From an uncultured bacterium (lineage in GTDB: Bacteria; Krumholzibacteriota; Krumholzibacteriia; LZORAL124-64-63), in NCBI GenBank assembly GCA_963732385.1, contig CAVSZB010000007.1:992001-1056000 (forward strand): a stretch of DNA of 64,000 nt. The letters are read 5' to 3'. A program made the position numbers and the translations under genes. The notes under the pieces were generated by a model. It did not search any database and was not told the DNA's origin. It worked only from the letters and a program-made list of their open reading frames with translations. Shown here in pieces: positions 27,982 through 37,262 of the stretch; position 1 is the first letter of the stretch, and each line of letters starts with the position of its first letter.

Positions 27982-29898
27982 CTAGCGCACCTCCGCACGC
28001 ACCAGCTCGACCGCGACCCGCGGATTCAAAAGCAGCAGCCCCTCCTGCCCCTCGAGCGAGTCGGCGCCACGCTTGATGAGATCGATGGTCTGCGCCGGCG
28101 TCAGGCCGGGACGCAGGGCGATCAGCTTGCCGGCCAGGTTGGCCGCGTTGGGCGAAGCCATCGAGGTGCCCGACATCTTCATCCGCCTGCCGCCCGGGAT
28201 GGTGCTCTCCACCTCGAAACCGTTGGCGTAGATCACGACGCGGCGGCCGCGGCTCGTGAAGCCGGTGCGCCGGCCGGCCTGGTCCACGGCGCCGACCATC
28301 AGCAGGTTGGGCAGGTCGAGCGCGCCGGGAATCGAATGGTCGAACTCCACGTCGTTGTCGTCGTTCCCGGCCGCGGCGACGAACAGGATGTCCGGCGCCT
28401 GCGCCAGCGCGCCCGCCATCCCCTGTTTAAGGATTCCGAGGTACTCGGCGGCCATGCGCGAGCGCTCCGGCGCACCGGCGCCGATGTTGTTCGCCTCGAG
28501 CATCCCCTCGATCTCCTTGAGGCCCCAGCCCCAGCTCATGTTGACGACCCGCACGCCGTGCGCCTTGAAATAGTCGACCGTGCGCCGGTAGGAATCGGCG
28601 TGGCGCAACGCGGACTCGCGCGTGAGCGGCTCGGGAATGGTGTGGTAGTCGAAGCTGATACGGGCCGTCAGCACCTTCGCGGCCGGGTTGCCGTCGAGCG
28701 CCAGGCCGGCCACGTGAGTGCCATGAGCGTAGAGCCCGACAAAACCGAGTCCCTCCATGAACGGCTGCACGTCGGCCGGCGCCATGGTCGACATCCGCTG
28801 CCGCAGCGCGGAGGCCTCGGGACTCTCCACGCCCGACTGCAGATCGGTGAACCCCTTCATCTCCGCCAGCGCCTGCGGGAGCCGTTCGGTCTGGTCGCCG
28901 GTCGGGTGGAGCAGTTCGGTCACAGGGCGTCCCGCGCGGTCGAAGGCGATGCCGTTGACGTCGTCGATGAAGCCGTTGCCGTCGTTGTCAAGACCATCCG
29001 GCTTCTCCGCCGGATTGACGAAGACGCGGTCGCCGAACACCGGCACGTCGACGCCGGCGTCCCACACCGCGATCATGACCGGCGTCAGTCGGTCCCGGGC
29101 GGGATCGAGCGTGACCATGCGATCGGCCCAGATGTCGCTCTGCCCGGCCGCTTCGGCCGGCGCGCCGGCCAGGAAGGTGACGAAGGCGGCGATCATTTCG
29201 TCACGCAGCGGCAGCACCGTGCGCAGCGCTGCGCCCAGACTGACCACCTGGGCCGCCAGGTCGGCGCTGATCTCGCCGGAACCCGCGGCGACGGGGTCGA
29301 TCTGGCTCTGCACCATGCCGAGCAACAGGGCCGGGCTGGCGATCTCCATACGTCCCTTCATCGCCTCGATGTTGTTGCGCACGAGGTCGATCGGCAAAGA
29401 GGCCAACTGCGCGTCGAGAGCGGCGCGGAAGGCGGCGCGGAACGCCGGCGTCGTGAGGTCGGCGCCGGCAGCGGTGCGGGCCGCGACCCAGGCCCGCGCG
29501 GTCAGGCCGGTCGTCAGGCGCTGCGCCTCCTTGTCCTCGCGCGCGCGCAACGACTCCACCCGCGCCTGCGCGTCCTGATCGCGTCCCTCGAGCAGATCGA
29601 GCGAGAGCAGCGTGTTGTCGAACCGACGCAGGGCCGCCGCATCTTTGATGTCGTAACGCGAGAGATCGGCCTCGATGTCGGCTCGCACCTGACCGCAGAA
29701 AGCCGCGAAAAGCGCGTCGTCCTGGACCAGCTCGGACACCTTCCCGGTCACTTTGTAGGCATGACGCGGCAGGTCGTCGAGCGAACGAACGGGGAGCTTG
29801 TCCGCGGCGGATGCGCCCCCCACGCCCAGCAGCAGTCCCAGCGAGAATCCGACCGCCCGCAGGCGCCCGCGGGTGAACACACGACCCGATGTCATCAT
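27982..29898 (-). CDS. Secreted S8 subtilisin-like serine peptidase
   Basis: Triad contexts VWDAGVD, HGTHVAG and SGTSMASP; AAAGN; signal peptide; AAGGAG RBS before ATG 29898. Confidence 0.93.
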   Translation of the reverse strand: MMTSGRVFTRGRLRAVGFSLGLLLGVGGASAADKLPVRSLDDLPRHAYKVTGKVSELVQDDALFAAFCGQVRADIEADLSRYDIKDAAALRRFDNTLLSLDLLEGRDQDAQARVESLRAREDKEAQRLTTGLTARAWVAARTAAGADLTTPAFRAAFRAALDAQLASLPIDLVRNNIEAMKGRMEIASPALLLGMVQSQIDPVAAGSGEISADLAAQVVSLGAALRTVLPLRDEMIAAFVTFLAGAPAEAAGQSDIWADRMVTLDPARDRLTPVMIAVWDAGVDVPVFGDRVFVNPAEKPDGLDNDGNGFIDDVNGIAFDRAGRPVTELLHPTGDQTERLPQALAEMKGFTDLQSGVESPEASALRQRMSTMAPADVQPFMEGLGFVGLYAHGTHVAGLALDGNPAAKVLTARISFDYHTIPEPLTRESALRHADSYRRTVDYFKAHGVRVVNMSWGWGLKEIEGMLEANNIGAGAPERSRMAAEYLGILKQGMAGALAQAPDILFVAAAGNDDNDVEFDHSIPGALDLPNLLMVGAVDQAGRRTGFTSRGRRVVIYANGFEVESTIPGGRRMKMSGTSMASPNAANLAGKLIALRPGLTPAQTIDLIKRGADSLEGQEGLLLLNPRVAVELVRAEVR

Positions 29899-30005
29899 CG
29901 CCAACTCCTTGCCGGTGGACCACAATAGAGGAAACTCGGGAATCAGGATCGGCCCGGACGCGGGCGCCGTCAAGCAACGCCCGACATCGCAGCCTGCCCG
30001 CCGTC

Positions 30006-30041
30006 AAAAAACATCCGCCCCACGGACGGTCCGTGGGGCGG
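30006..30041 (-). terminator. Rho-independent terminator of the por operon
   Basis: CCGCCCCACGGAC/GTCCGTGGGGCGG inverted repeat followed on the minus strand by a T6 tract. Confidence 0.85.
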
Positions 30042-30071
30042 TGCGCGCGGAATCAAAAACTGCGCAGGCGG

Positions 30072-31025
30072 TCAGGCGCCCACCGGCGCGGGCGTCTCGC
30101 CCGCGTCGCGCAGAAGGCGTGCCCAGTCGAAGTCCACCTTGCGCTGGATCTCGGCCAGAAGCGCCTCATTGCCCGGCTTGAACAGGTGCTTGAAACGCCC
30201 CTGCGGCTTCATCCAGTCGACGATCGGCACCTGCTGCTTCGGCTTGTGGTTGACGACATACTTCCCGTCCTCGACCTCGAACAACGGCCAGAAGTTCGAC
30301 TCGACGGCGATCCGCGCCATCTCCATGCCGAGCTCCATCTCGAAGTGCCAGCCGACGGTGCACGGCATGAGGATGTTGATGAACGCCGGGCCCGGCGTAT
30401 CGAGCGCCTTCTGCACCTTGGTGGCGAGATCGCGCCAGTGGAAAGGAGTCGTCTGCGCGACGTACGGGATGTTGTGCGCGACCATGATGCGGGTCAGATC
30501 CTTGCGGTGCTGCTCCTTGCCCTGGCGCACCTTCCCCGCGGGCGCAGTGGAGGTGTGGGCGCCGAACGGGGTGGCGCTCGAGCGCTGGATCCCCGTGTTC
30601 ATGTAGGCTTCGTTGTCGTAGCAGATGTAGACCATGTTGTGGCCGCGCTCCATCGCGCCCGAGAGCGACTGCAGGCCGATGTCGTAGGTCCCGCCGTCGC
30701 CGCCCATGGCGATGAAGTTGATGCGCTCGCGCTCGGCCGGCAGTTCGCCGCGCTTCTTGAGCGCGCGGAAAGCCGTCTCCACTCCCGAAACGGTGGCCGC
30801 GGAATTTTCGAACGCCGAGTGGATGAACGGGATCTTCCACGCGGTGTAGGGATAGATCGTGGTGACGACCTCCATGCACCCCGTGGCGCAGCCCAGGACC
30901 GTGTCCGCACCGGCGGTCAGCATGACCTGGCGCAGGATATTGGCTCCGGTGCAGCCGGCGCAGGCGCGATGCCCGCCGGCCAGGAGGTCCTCGTGCTTGG
31001 TGAGCTGCTGCAGATTGACAGCCAT
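30072..31025 (-). CDS. porB: Pyruvate/2-oxoacid:ferredoxin oxidoreductase beta subunit
   Basis: GHRACAGC, ATGC, GGDGGTYDIG...DNEAYMNTGIQRS (TPP-binding). Confidence 0.95.
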   Translation of the reverse strand: MAVNLQQLTKHEDLLAGGHRACAGCTGANILRQVMLTAGADTVLGCATGCMEVVTTIYPYTAWKIPFIHSAFENSAATVSGVETAFRALKKRGELPAERERINFIAMGGDGGTYDIGLQSLSGAMERGHNMVYICYDNEAYMNTGIQRSSATPFGAHTSTAPAGKVRQGKEQHRKDLTRIMVAHNIPYVAQTTPFHWRDLATKVQKALDTPGPAFINILMPCTVGWHFEMELGMEMARIAVESNFWPLFEVEDGKYVVNHKPKQQVPIVDWMKPQGRFKHLFKPGNEALLAEIQRKVDFDWARLLRDAGETPAPVGA

Positions 31026-31039
31026 CGTGGCCTCCCTTC

Positions 31040-32224
31040 CTAGAGCCTCACGCCCAGGAGATTGATCGTCTCGCCTGTCTTGCCTTTGGCCGCGTCGACC
31101 AACCGGTCGATCACACTGGCGATCTGCCGCAGATCGCAGTCGCGGCCGCCCAGGCCGTAAATCCAGTTGAGCACCGGCGGCGCGCCGGGCTGTCCATAAA
31201 GCGCCGAGCGCACTTCGCTGAACAGCGGCCCGCCGGCGGCCCCGAACGACACGGCGCGGTCGAGGACGGCCACCGCCTTGCGACCCTTCAGGGCCGCCGC
31301 GATTTCCGTGGCGGGGAACGGCCGGAACAGACGGAGCTTGAGCATCCCGACCTTCACGCCGCGTTCGCGATAGTCGTCGATGACATCCTTCGCGGTGCCG
31401 GCGGTGGAACCCATCATCACGAGCGCCACTTCGGCGTCGTCAAGCCGGTACGACTCGAAGAAATCGTAGTGCCGGCCGCTGAGCTCGCCGTACTCACGGC
31501 TGATCTGGTTCACCACGCCGAAGGCCCTCTGATGCGCCTCCATCTCGCCGATCTTGTGCTCGAAGTAGTAGTCCGGAAGATCCAGCGGACCGACCGTGAT
31601 CGGCTTCGCCACGTCGAGCAGCGCGTAGGCCGCCTTGTAAGGACCCACGAACTTCTCCGCGTCGGCGGCGTCGAGGATATGCAGAGAATCGGCGGTGTGG
31701 CTGATGATGAAACCGTCGTAGTTGATCATGACCGGCAACCGCACGTCGGCATGCTCGCCGATGCGGAACGCCATCAGCGCGTTGTCGTACGCCTCCTGCG
31801 CGCTTTCGCAGAAGAGGTGGATCCAGCCGGCGTCGCGACCGCCCATGGCGTCGCTGTGGTCGCAGTGAATGTTGATGTTGCCGGAGAGCGCGCGGTTCAC
31901 CAGCGCCATGCAGATCGGCAGGCGCAACGAGGCGGCCACGTAGACCAGCTCCCACATCAGGGCGAAGCCGGCGGAACTGGTGGCGGTGATCACGCGGGCG
32001 CCCGCCGCCGCGGCACCGATCGCCGCGGACATGGCCGAGTGCTCGCTCTCGACGAGGATCATCTCCGCGTCGCTCTCGCCGTTGGCGACGAACTCCGCGA
32101 ACTTGTGCATCATTTCGGTCTGGGGCGTAATGGGGAACACCGAGGCCACATGCGGCCGCGCCTGTTTGAAAGCGTATGCCACCGCCTCGTTGCCCGACAA
32201 CGCCACGAACTGCTGCTTGGCCAT
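31040..32224 (-). CDS. porA: Pyruvate/2-oxoacid:ferredoxin oxidoreductase alpha subunit
   Basis: GNEAVA, FPITPQT, VESEHSA, TATSS, NRAL, DGFIISH, FRPFP, YGLGGRD. Confidence 0.95.
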   Translation of the reverse strand: MAKQQFVALSGNEAVAYAFKQARPHVASVFPITPQTEMMHKFAEFVANGESDAEMILVESEHSAMSAAIGAAAAGARVITATSSAGFALMWELVYVAASLRLPICMALVNRALSGNINIHCDHSDAMGGRDAGWIHLFCESAQEAYDNALMAFRIGEHADVRLPVMINYDGFIISHTADSLHILDAADAEKFVGPYKAAYALLDVAKPITVGPLDLPDYYFEHKIGEMEAHQRAFGVVNQISREYGELSGRHYDFFESYRLDDAEVALVMMGSTAGTAKDVIDDYRERGVKVGMLKLRLFRPFPATEIAAALKGRKAVAVLDRAVSFGAAGGPLFSEVRSALYGQPGAPPVLNWIYGLGGRDCDLRQIASVIDRLVDAAKGKTGETINLLGVRL

Positions 32225-32250
32225 CCCGAACCCTTCCTTTCCCGCGACCG

Positions 32251-32559
32251 TCACTTCTCGTCGCGGATCATCACGATGGCGGCCTTGCCCTTGGCGGCGG
32301 GCGGGCAGTGCTGGGCGCAGATCCCGCACCCCTTGCAATGGTCGTAGTCGAAGCCGGTCATCTTCGTCTTCTCGCCCGAGGCGTCGATGAGGACCGCGCT
32401 GTCGGGGCAGTAGATCCAGCAGAACATGCAGTTGATGCAGTTCTCAGCGACGAATTCCGGTTTGAAAGTACGCCAGTCGCCGGTGTTGTAGGTTTGGGAA
32501 TTGCCGGCCTCGAGGATGATCCCGCCGGCCGGCAGGTCGTGCGCATTCCTGAGGCTCAT
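32251..32559 (-). CDS. porD: Pyruvate/2-oxoacid:ferredoxin oxidoreductase delta subunit (2x[4Fe-4S])
   Basis: TGDWR, CINCMFCWIYCP, CKGCGICAQHCP; ATGA overlap with the gamma gene. Confidence 0.93.
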   Translation of the reverse strand: MSLRNAHDLPAGGIILEAGNSQTYNTGDWRTFKPEFVAENCINCMFCWIYCPDSAVLIDASGEKTKMTGFDYDHCKGCGICAQHCPPAAKGKAAIVMIRDEK

Positions 32560-33137
32560 TCCGTCACCAGCTCCTTGTAGGCCCGCTCGACGGCGGTCAC
32601 GTTGCCATCGACCACCGCCTGCGAGAACTTGCTCTTGAGACGCGCTGTCAACGAGCTCTTCATGTCGTCTAGCGCCATCATCTCGGTCGCCGCCAGCAAC
32701 GCGCCGATCATCGGCATGTTGGGAATGGAACGACCTACACAGTCGAGGGCGATCTTGGTGGCGTCGATCGTGCAGACCTTGCCGTCCTTGATCTTGAGCC
32801 GCTCGCGGATCCGGGCCGGTTTCTCCACGGTGTTGACCAGGTAGACCGTTTCGGCGCGGCTGCCCGCGGTGACCCCGGCTGCCGCCGACTCGAGCAGCGT
32901 GGGGTCGAGGACGATGACGATGTCGGGACTCTCGATGCCGCAGTGCCGGCGGATCGGCTCGTCGGCGATGCGCGTGTAGCCGCGCATCGGCGCGCCGCGT
33001 CGCTCGGGCCCGTACTCGGGGAAGCCCTGGCTGAACTTGCCGCGGTCGAGGACGGCCTCCGCGAGGAATATCGCGGCGGTCTTCGCCCCCTGCCCCCCGC
33101 GGCCGTGCCAGCGGATTTCGACCATCTTGGCTGCCAT
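32556..33137 (-). CDS. porG: Pyruvate/2-oxoacid:ferredoxin oxidoreductase gamma subunit
   Basis: EIRWHGRGGQGAKT, FPEYGPERRGAP, PNMPMIGA. Confidence 0.95.
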   Translation of the reverse strand: MAAKMVEIRWHGRGGQGAKTAAIFLAEAVLDRGKFSQGFPEYGPERRGAPMRGYTRIADEPIRRHCGIESPDIVIVLDPTLLESAAAGVTAGSRAETVYLVNTVEKPARIRERLKIKDGKVCTIDATKIALDCVGRSIPNMPMIGALLAATEMMALDDMKSSLTARLKSKFSQAVVDGNVTAVERAYKELVTE

Positions 33138-33429
33138 GGGTCACGCTCCTTCAGCGCCCGGGCGCGCTCCGGCCCGTCCGCCTAGCGAAGAGTAGTGCTC
33201 GAACCGGGCATTTTCAAAGGAAAAAGGGGGCGGCACCCTCACAGCGAACGAGCATTATCATGCCTATTGTCAAGGAATTGCCCGGATCGACGCGGCTTTG
33301 ATCGCGCGTCGCCGCTGTCTGGCGACTCCCCGCCGGTATGTGCGCCGATGCCGGGCGTGCGGAGTCATTGTCTGACGACGCGGCGGGGGGTAGGCTGCGA
33401 CTTCACCCCCTCCCAAGGCGAGGTCTGTC

Positions 33430-34563
33430 ATGTCCCCTGCCCCCGACACCACCCTGCGTCTGTCGCTCCGGTTTGACGGCCGCCCTTGCAGCTATGTGCT
33501 CGGACGGGGGGTCCTCTCGCTGCTGCCGACGCTGCTGGGCGATCGACCGGCCGTCGTGCTGCTCGATCGGGGCGCCGTTGGCGACCGACGCGAACAGCTG
33601 ACCGCCAGTCTGCGCGACCGGAGCGACCGCCCGCTGCCCACGCTCACCCTCAACGGCGGCGAAGGGGTGAAGAACCTGGCGACTCTGGAACGGGTCTATA
33701 ACTGGCTGGCGCGACGCGGGCTGCCGCGGGACGGCACCCTGGTCGGCGTGGGCGGAGGCGCACTGCTCGACCTGGCCGGCTTCGCCGCAGCCACCTGGCA
33801 GCGCGGGGTTGACTTCGTGAGCGCGCCGACGACACTGCTGGCAATGGTAGACGCCTCGCTTGGCGGCAAGACCGCCCTCGACGTCGCCGGCGTGAAAAAC
33901 AACGTGGGCGCCTTCCACCCCGCGATCCATGTGCTGGCCGATCCGGGGTTCCTCGCCACGCTGCCGCGCCGCGAGTGGCGGAGCGGACTCGCCGAGACGA
34001 TCAAAGCCGCCGTGATCGCCTCACCGTCCCTCTTCGCCAACCTTGAGAGGCACGCCCCGGCTCTGCGCGCGGCGTTCGGCGAGGCGGCTTCCCGTCCCCG
34101 CAGCCGCGATCTCGCCCCCGCCGCCGCGTTGCGCCTGCCCTGGACCGTCTGGATCGGCGGCGCGGCGCGGGTGAAGGCGCGCATCGTGGGACGGGACTTC
34201 CGCGAGGAGGGTCCGCGCCGCGCGCTGAATCTGGGTCACACGCTCGGACACGCTCTCGAGGCGTCCGGCGGGCTCAGTCACGGCGAGGGGGTGGCCGCCG
34301 GCCTGGCGATGGCGGTGGCGATCGCCCACCTGCGCGGCCTCTGCCCGGCCCGCGACGCGGTGCGCATCCTCGCCCTGATCGAAGCCTGCGGCCTGCCGAT
34401 CGCGCCGCAACTCCCCCCTCTGGCCACGCTCGAGCGCCTGATCGCGGGCGACAAGAAACGTCGCCGCGGCGTCGTCGGCTGGGTCCTGCCGGAGCGGATC
34501 GGCCGGGTCCGCCTGGACCAGCCGGTCGACCTGCGGAACGTGGCGGCGGTCCCGGCGCTGTGA
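33430..34563 (+). CDS. aroB: 3-dehydroquinate synthase
   Basis: GEGVK, GGGALLDLAGF, PTTLLAMVDASLGGK, LNLGHTLGHALE, HGEGV, DKK. Confidence 0.92.
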   Translation: MSPAPDTTLRLSLRFDGRPCSYVLGRGVLSLLPTLLGDRPAVVLLDRGAVGDRREQLTASLRDRSDRPLPTLTLNGGEGVKNLATLERVYNWLARRGLPRDGTLVGVGGGALLDLAGFAAATWQRGVDFVSAPTTLLAMVDASLGGKTALDVAGVKNNVGAFHPAIHVLADPGFLATLPRREWRSGLAETIKAAVIASPSLFANLERHAPALRAAFGEAASRPRSRDLAPAAALRLPWTVWIGGAARVKARIVGRDFREEGPRRALNLGHTLGHALEASGGLSHGEGVAAGLAMAVAIAHLRGLCPARDAVRILALIEACGLPIAPQLPPLATLERLIAGDKKRRRGVVGWVLPERIGRVRLDQPVDLRNVAAVPAL

Positions 34564-34625
34564 CCCGTCGCCGGCGCCGCCGAACGCGGTGCCGGCCGCC
34601 CGGCGCGCAGGACGGAACAGGCGGG

Positions 34626-36740
34626 TCAGTACAGACCGACCGGATCGATGTCCAGCATCACTTCCACCCCCCGCTCGCGCGCCTCGAGAGCGCGGGCGCA
34701 GGCGGCCAGCCAGCGTTTCCGCTCGGCGCCGAGCGATCCCTTCACCAGCAGTTGCCAACGGTAACGGTCCTGCAGCCGCTCGAAGACCGCGGGCGCCGGC
34801 CCGAGCAGTTCGCGCCCCTCGCCGGCCAGCCCCTCCCGCACCACTGCGGCCAAAGTCATGGCCGCCGCCTCGGCGACCGCCTGGCGACGCGCGCTGACGG
34901 CCAGTCGCAGCAGACGGCGAGCCGGGGGATAGCCGAGCACCTCGCGGGCAGCCAGTTCCGGCCCCGCGAAAGCATCGTAGTCGTGCCGCGCCGCCGCCTG
35001 GATCAGCGGGTGGTCCGGCCGGAAGGTCTGGAAGATCACCAGACCGGGCGTCAACCGACCGGTGCGACCCGCCACCTGGGTGAGGAGCTGGAACGCCCGC
35101 TCGTCGGCCCGGAAGTCCGGCAGCGTGAGGCCATCGTCGGCGGCCATCACCCCCACCACCGCCACCCCGGGGAAGTGATGCCCCTTGGCCACCATCTGCG
35201 TGCCGACGAGCAGTTGCGCCTCGCCGGCAGCGAACGCGCCGAGGATGCGGGCATGGCTGCCGCGACGACGGGTCGTGTCCTGATCGAGGCGCAGCAGCCG
35301 CGCGGCGGGAAACGCCGCCGCCAGGGCGATCTCCAGCTTTTCGGTGCCGCCGCCGGCGGGCAGGAACTCCCGTCCGCCACAGTGCGGGCAGACCGGCGGG
35401 GCCGCCTGCGCGTAGCCGCAGTAGTGGCAGAGCAGCCGGCGGGGCCGCAGGTGCCAGGTGAGGCCGATGTCGCAGCGCGGACAGTTCTCCGCGACCCCGC
35501 AGGACGCGCACTGGAGCGCCCGCGCGAAACCGCGCCGGTTGTAGTAGAGGATCGCCTGCCGGCCGGCGCCCAGGGCCTCGTCGAGCGCGGCCAGCAGTCG
35601 TGGCGAAAAGCCGTCGGGCGCCGGTTCCCCGCGCATGTCCACGAGCTCGACCCGCGGCAGCTCCCCCACCGGACGGTCGGCGAGCGTGAACATCCGGTAG
35701 CGTCCTGACCGCCCGTTGGCCCAGCTCTCGAGGTCCGGCGTGGCGGAGCCGAGGATCACCACCGCCCCCGCGGCGCGCGCGCGCACCAGGGCGGCATGCC
35801 GGGCGTGATAGCGCGGCTTCTCCTCCTGCCGGTACGAACTCTCGTGCTCTTCGTCGACGACGATGACGCCGAGATCGCGCACCGGCGCGAACAGGGCGGA
35901 GCGCGGTCCGACGACGAGACGAATCTCGCCGGCCGCCGCCGCCTCGTGCACGCGGCAGCGCTCCCCCGCCGGCAGCGCACTGTGGATGGCGGCGACCACG
36001 GGCCCGAAACGGCCCGTGATGCGCGCGATCGTCTGCGGTGTGAGGGCGATTTCCGGCAGCAGGAAGATGGCGCTGCGCCCGCGTGCGAGCGCTTCGCCGA
36101 TCACCCTCAGGTAGACCTCGGTCTTGCCGCTCCCGGTCACCCCATGCAGCAGCAGGACGCCGCCGCCTCCCTCGCGGAGCTGGGTGAACGCCGCATCCGC
36201 GGCCGCCTGCTGCGCCGGGGTCAGCGCCACATTTTCGCTGTCGTGCAGCGGGAAGTCGACCGCCGCGGTGCGCGTGGCTCGGGCGCGTGTGCCGGGCGTC
36301 GGGGGATGGAAAAGCGGCACCACTTCGCCCAGCGGCAGGGCGTAGTACTCCGCCAGCCACCTCGCCAGTTGCCACCGATCTGGCGCCAGGGCGTAGGCGG
36401 GGGGCAGCAGCCGCCCGACGGGACGCACGGAGTGACCGTCGACCATCGGCGCCGGGTCGTGCGACGGGCTGACACCGGTCACCAGCCCGATGACCTCGCG
36501 TCGGCGCCCGAACGGCACCCCCACCAGGTCGCCAGGCGCGGGAGGGCGTGACGCCGCCCCCTCCTTGGCGGCATCCATTTCCCAGCGGTAGGTGAAGAAC
36601 TGGTCCAGCGGCACGGGCAGGGCGACCTCCACCAGGAGTCCTCCCCCACCCGGCCGCGATCCGTCGGAGCGCGGCACGTGGCCCCGCCTTTCCGCGCCGG
36701 CGTGGCGCGCGCGGGGATGGTAACCCCGCGGCTCCGGCAC
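34626..36740 (-). CDS. priA: Primosomal protein N' (replication restart helicase)
   Basis: HGVTGSGKT, PEIALT, DEEH, GSATP, four CxxC pairs, GTQMVAKG, PDFRA; start uncertain. Confidence 0.95.
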   Translation of the reverse strand: MPEPRGYHPRARHAGAERRGHVPRSDGSRPGGGGLLVEVALPVPLDQFFTYRWEMDAAKEGAASRPPAPGDLVGVPFGRRREVIGLVTGVSPSHDPAPMVDGHSVRPVGRLLPPAYALAPDRWQLARWLAEYYALPLGEVVPLFHPPTPGTRARATRTAAVDFPLHDSENVALTPAQQAAADAAFTQLREGGGGVLLLHGVTGSGKTEVYLRVIGEALARGRSAIFLLPEIALTPQTIARITGRFGPVVAAIHSALPAGERCRVHEAAAAGEIRLVVGPRSALFAPVRDLGVIVVDEEHESSYRQEEKPRYHARHAALVRARAAGAVVILGSATPDLESWANGRSGRYRMFTLADRPVGELPRVELVDMRGEPAPDGFSPRLLAALDEALGAGRQAILYYNRRGFARALQCASCGVAENCPRCDIGLTWHLRPRRLLCHYCGYAQAAPPVCPHCGGREFLPAGGGTEKLEIALAAAFPAARLLRLDQDTTRRRGSHARILGAFAAGEAQLLVGTQMVAKGHHFPGVAVVGVMAADDGLTLPDFRADERAFQLLTQVAGRTGRLTPGLVIFQTFRPDHPLIQAAARHDYDAFAGPELAAREVLGYPPARRLLRLAVSARRQAVAEAAAMTLAAVVREGLAGEGRELLGPAPAVFERLQDRYRWQLLVKGSLGAERKRWLAACARALEARERGVEVMLDIDPVGLY

Positions 36741-36806
36741 GGCAACGCCCGCCCGCGTGATGCGGACGGGCGCGGTCCAGACGAGCGAGGGGCATTCGGG
36801 CGCGGC

Positions 36807-37181
36807 TCAGCCGTGCCGCACGCCGAGCAGTCCGTTGACTTTCTCCAGGAACCGCTGGGGACTGAACGGCTTGGTGATGTAGCCGTCGGCGCCCGCCTCC
36901 CGACCCTTGTCACGATCCTCGCGCCGGTCGCGGGCGGTCAGCAGGAGGACCGGAATGTCCGCCGTTTCCCGGCTAGCCTTGAGCAGGGCGCAGACCTCGA
37001 ATCCGTCGCGCCGCGGCATCATCACGTCGAGCACGATAAGGTCGGGCAGCTCGCTGGCGGACAGCGCCAGGGCCTGCTCGCCGTCCGCGGCCTGAATGAC
37101 CTGATAGCCCTCGGCGGTGAGACTGAAGTCGAGGATGTTCAGGATGGCGGACTCGTCGTCACAGATCAGGATCTTGCGCAA
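36807..37181 (-). CDS. Single-domain response regulator
   Basis: ICDDE, VLDVMMP, LLTA, KPF; GGAGG before TTG start. Confidence 0.92.
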   Translation of the reverse strand: MRKILICDDESAILNILDFSLTAEGYQVIQAADGEQALALSASELPDLIVLDVMMPRRDGFEVCALLKASRETADIPVLLLTARDRREDRDKGREAGADGYITKPFSPQRFLEKVNGLLGVRHG

Positions 37182-37235
37182 GTTTCAACCTCCCGCGGGC
37201 GGCATCGCTCCAGCCGGACTGCTGCACACCCGGTT

Positions 37236-37262
37236 GTATCGGCCTCAGACGATTCCGCTTGA
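37236..37262 (-). promoter_or_regulatory. Putative sigma28 (FliA)-like promoter TCAAG-N14-GCCGATAC
   Basis: Close match to FliA-type -35/-10 elements, 55 nt upstream of the receiver gene; overlaps the upstream stop. Confidence 0.55.

Noticed and set aside
33430..34563. Sugar-phosphate cyclase of a secondary-metabolite cluster
   Set aside because: Motifs fit ordinary AroB and the neighbours are housekeeping genes.
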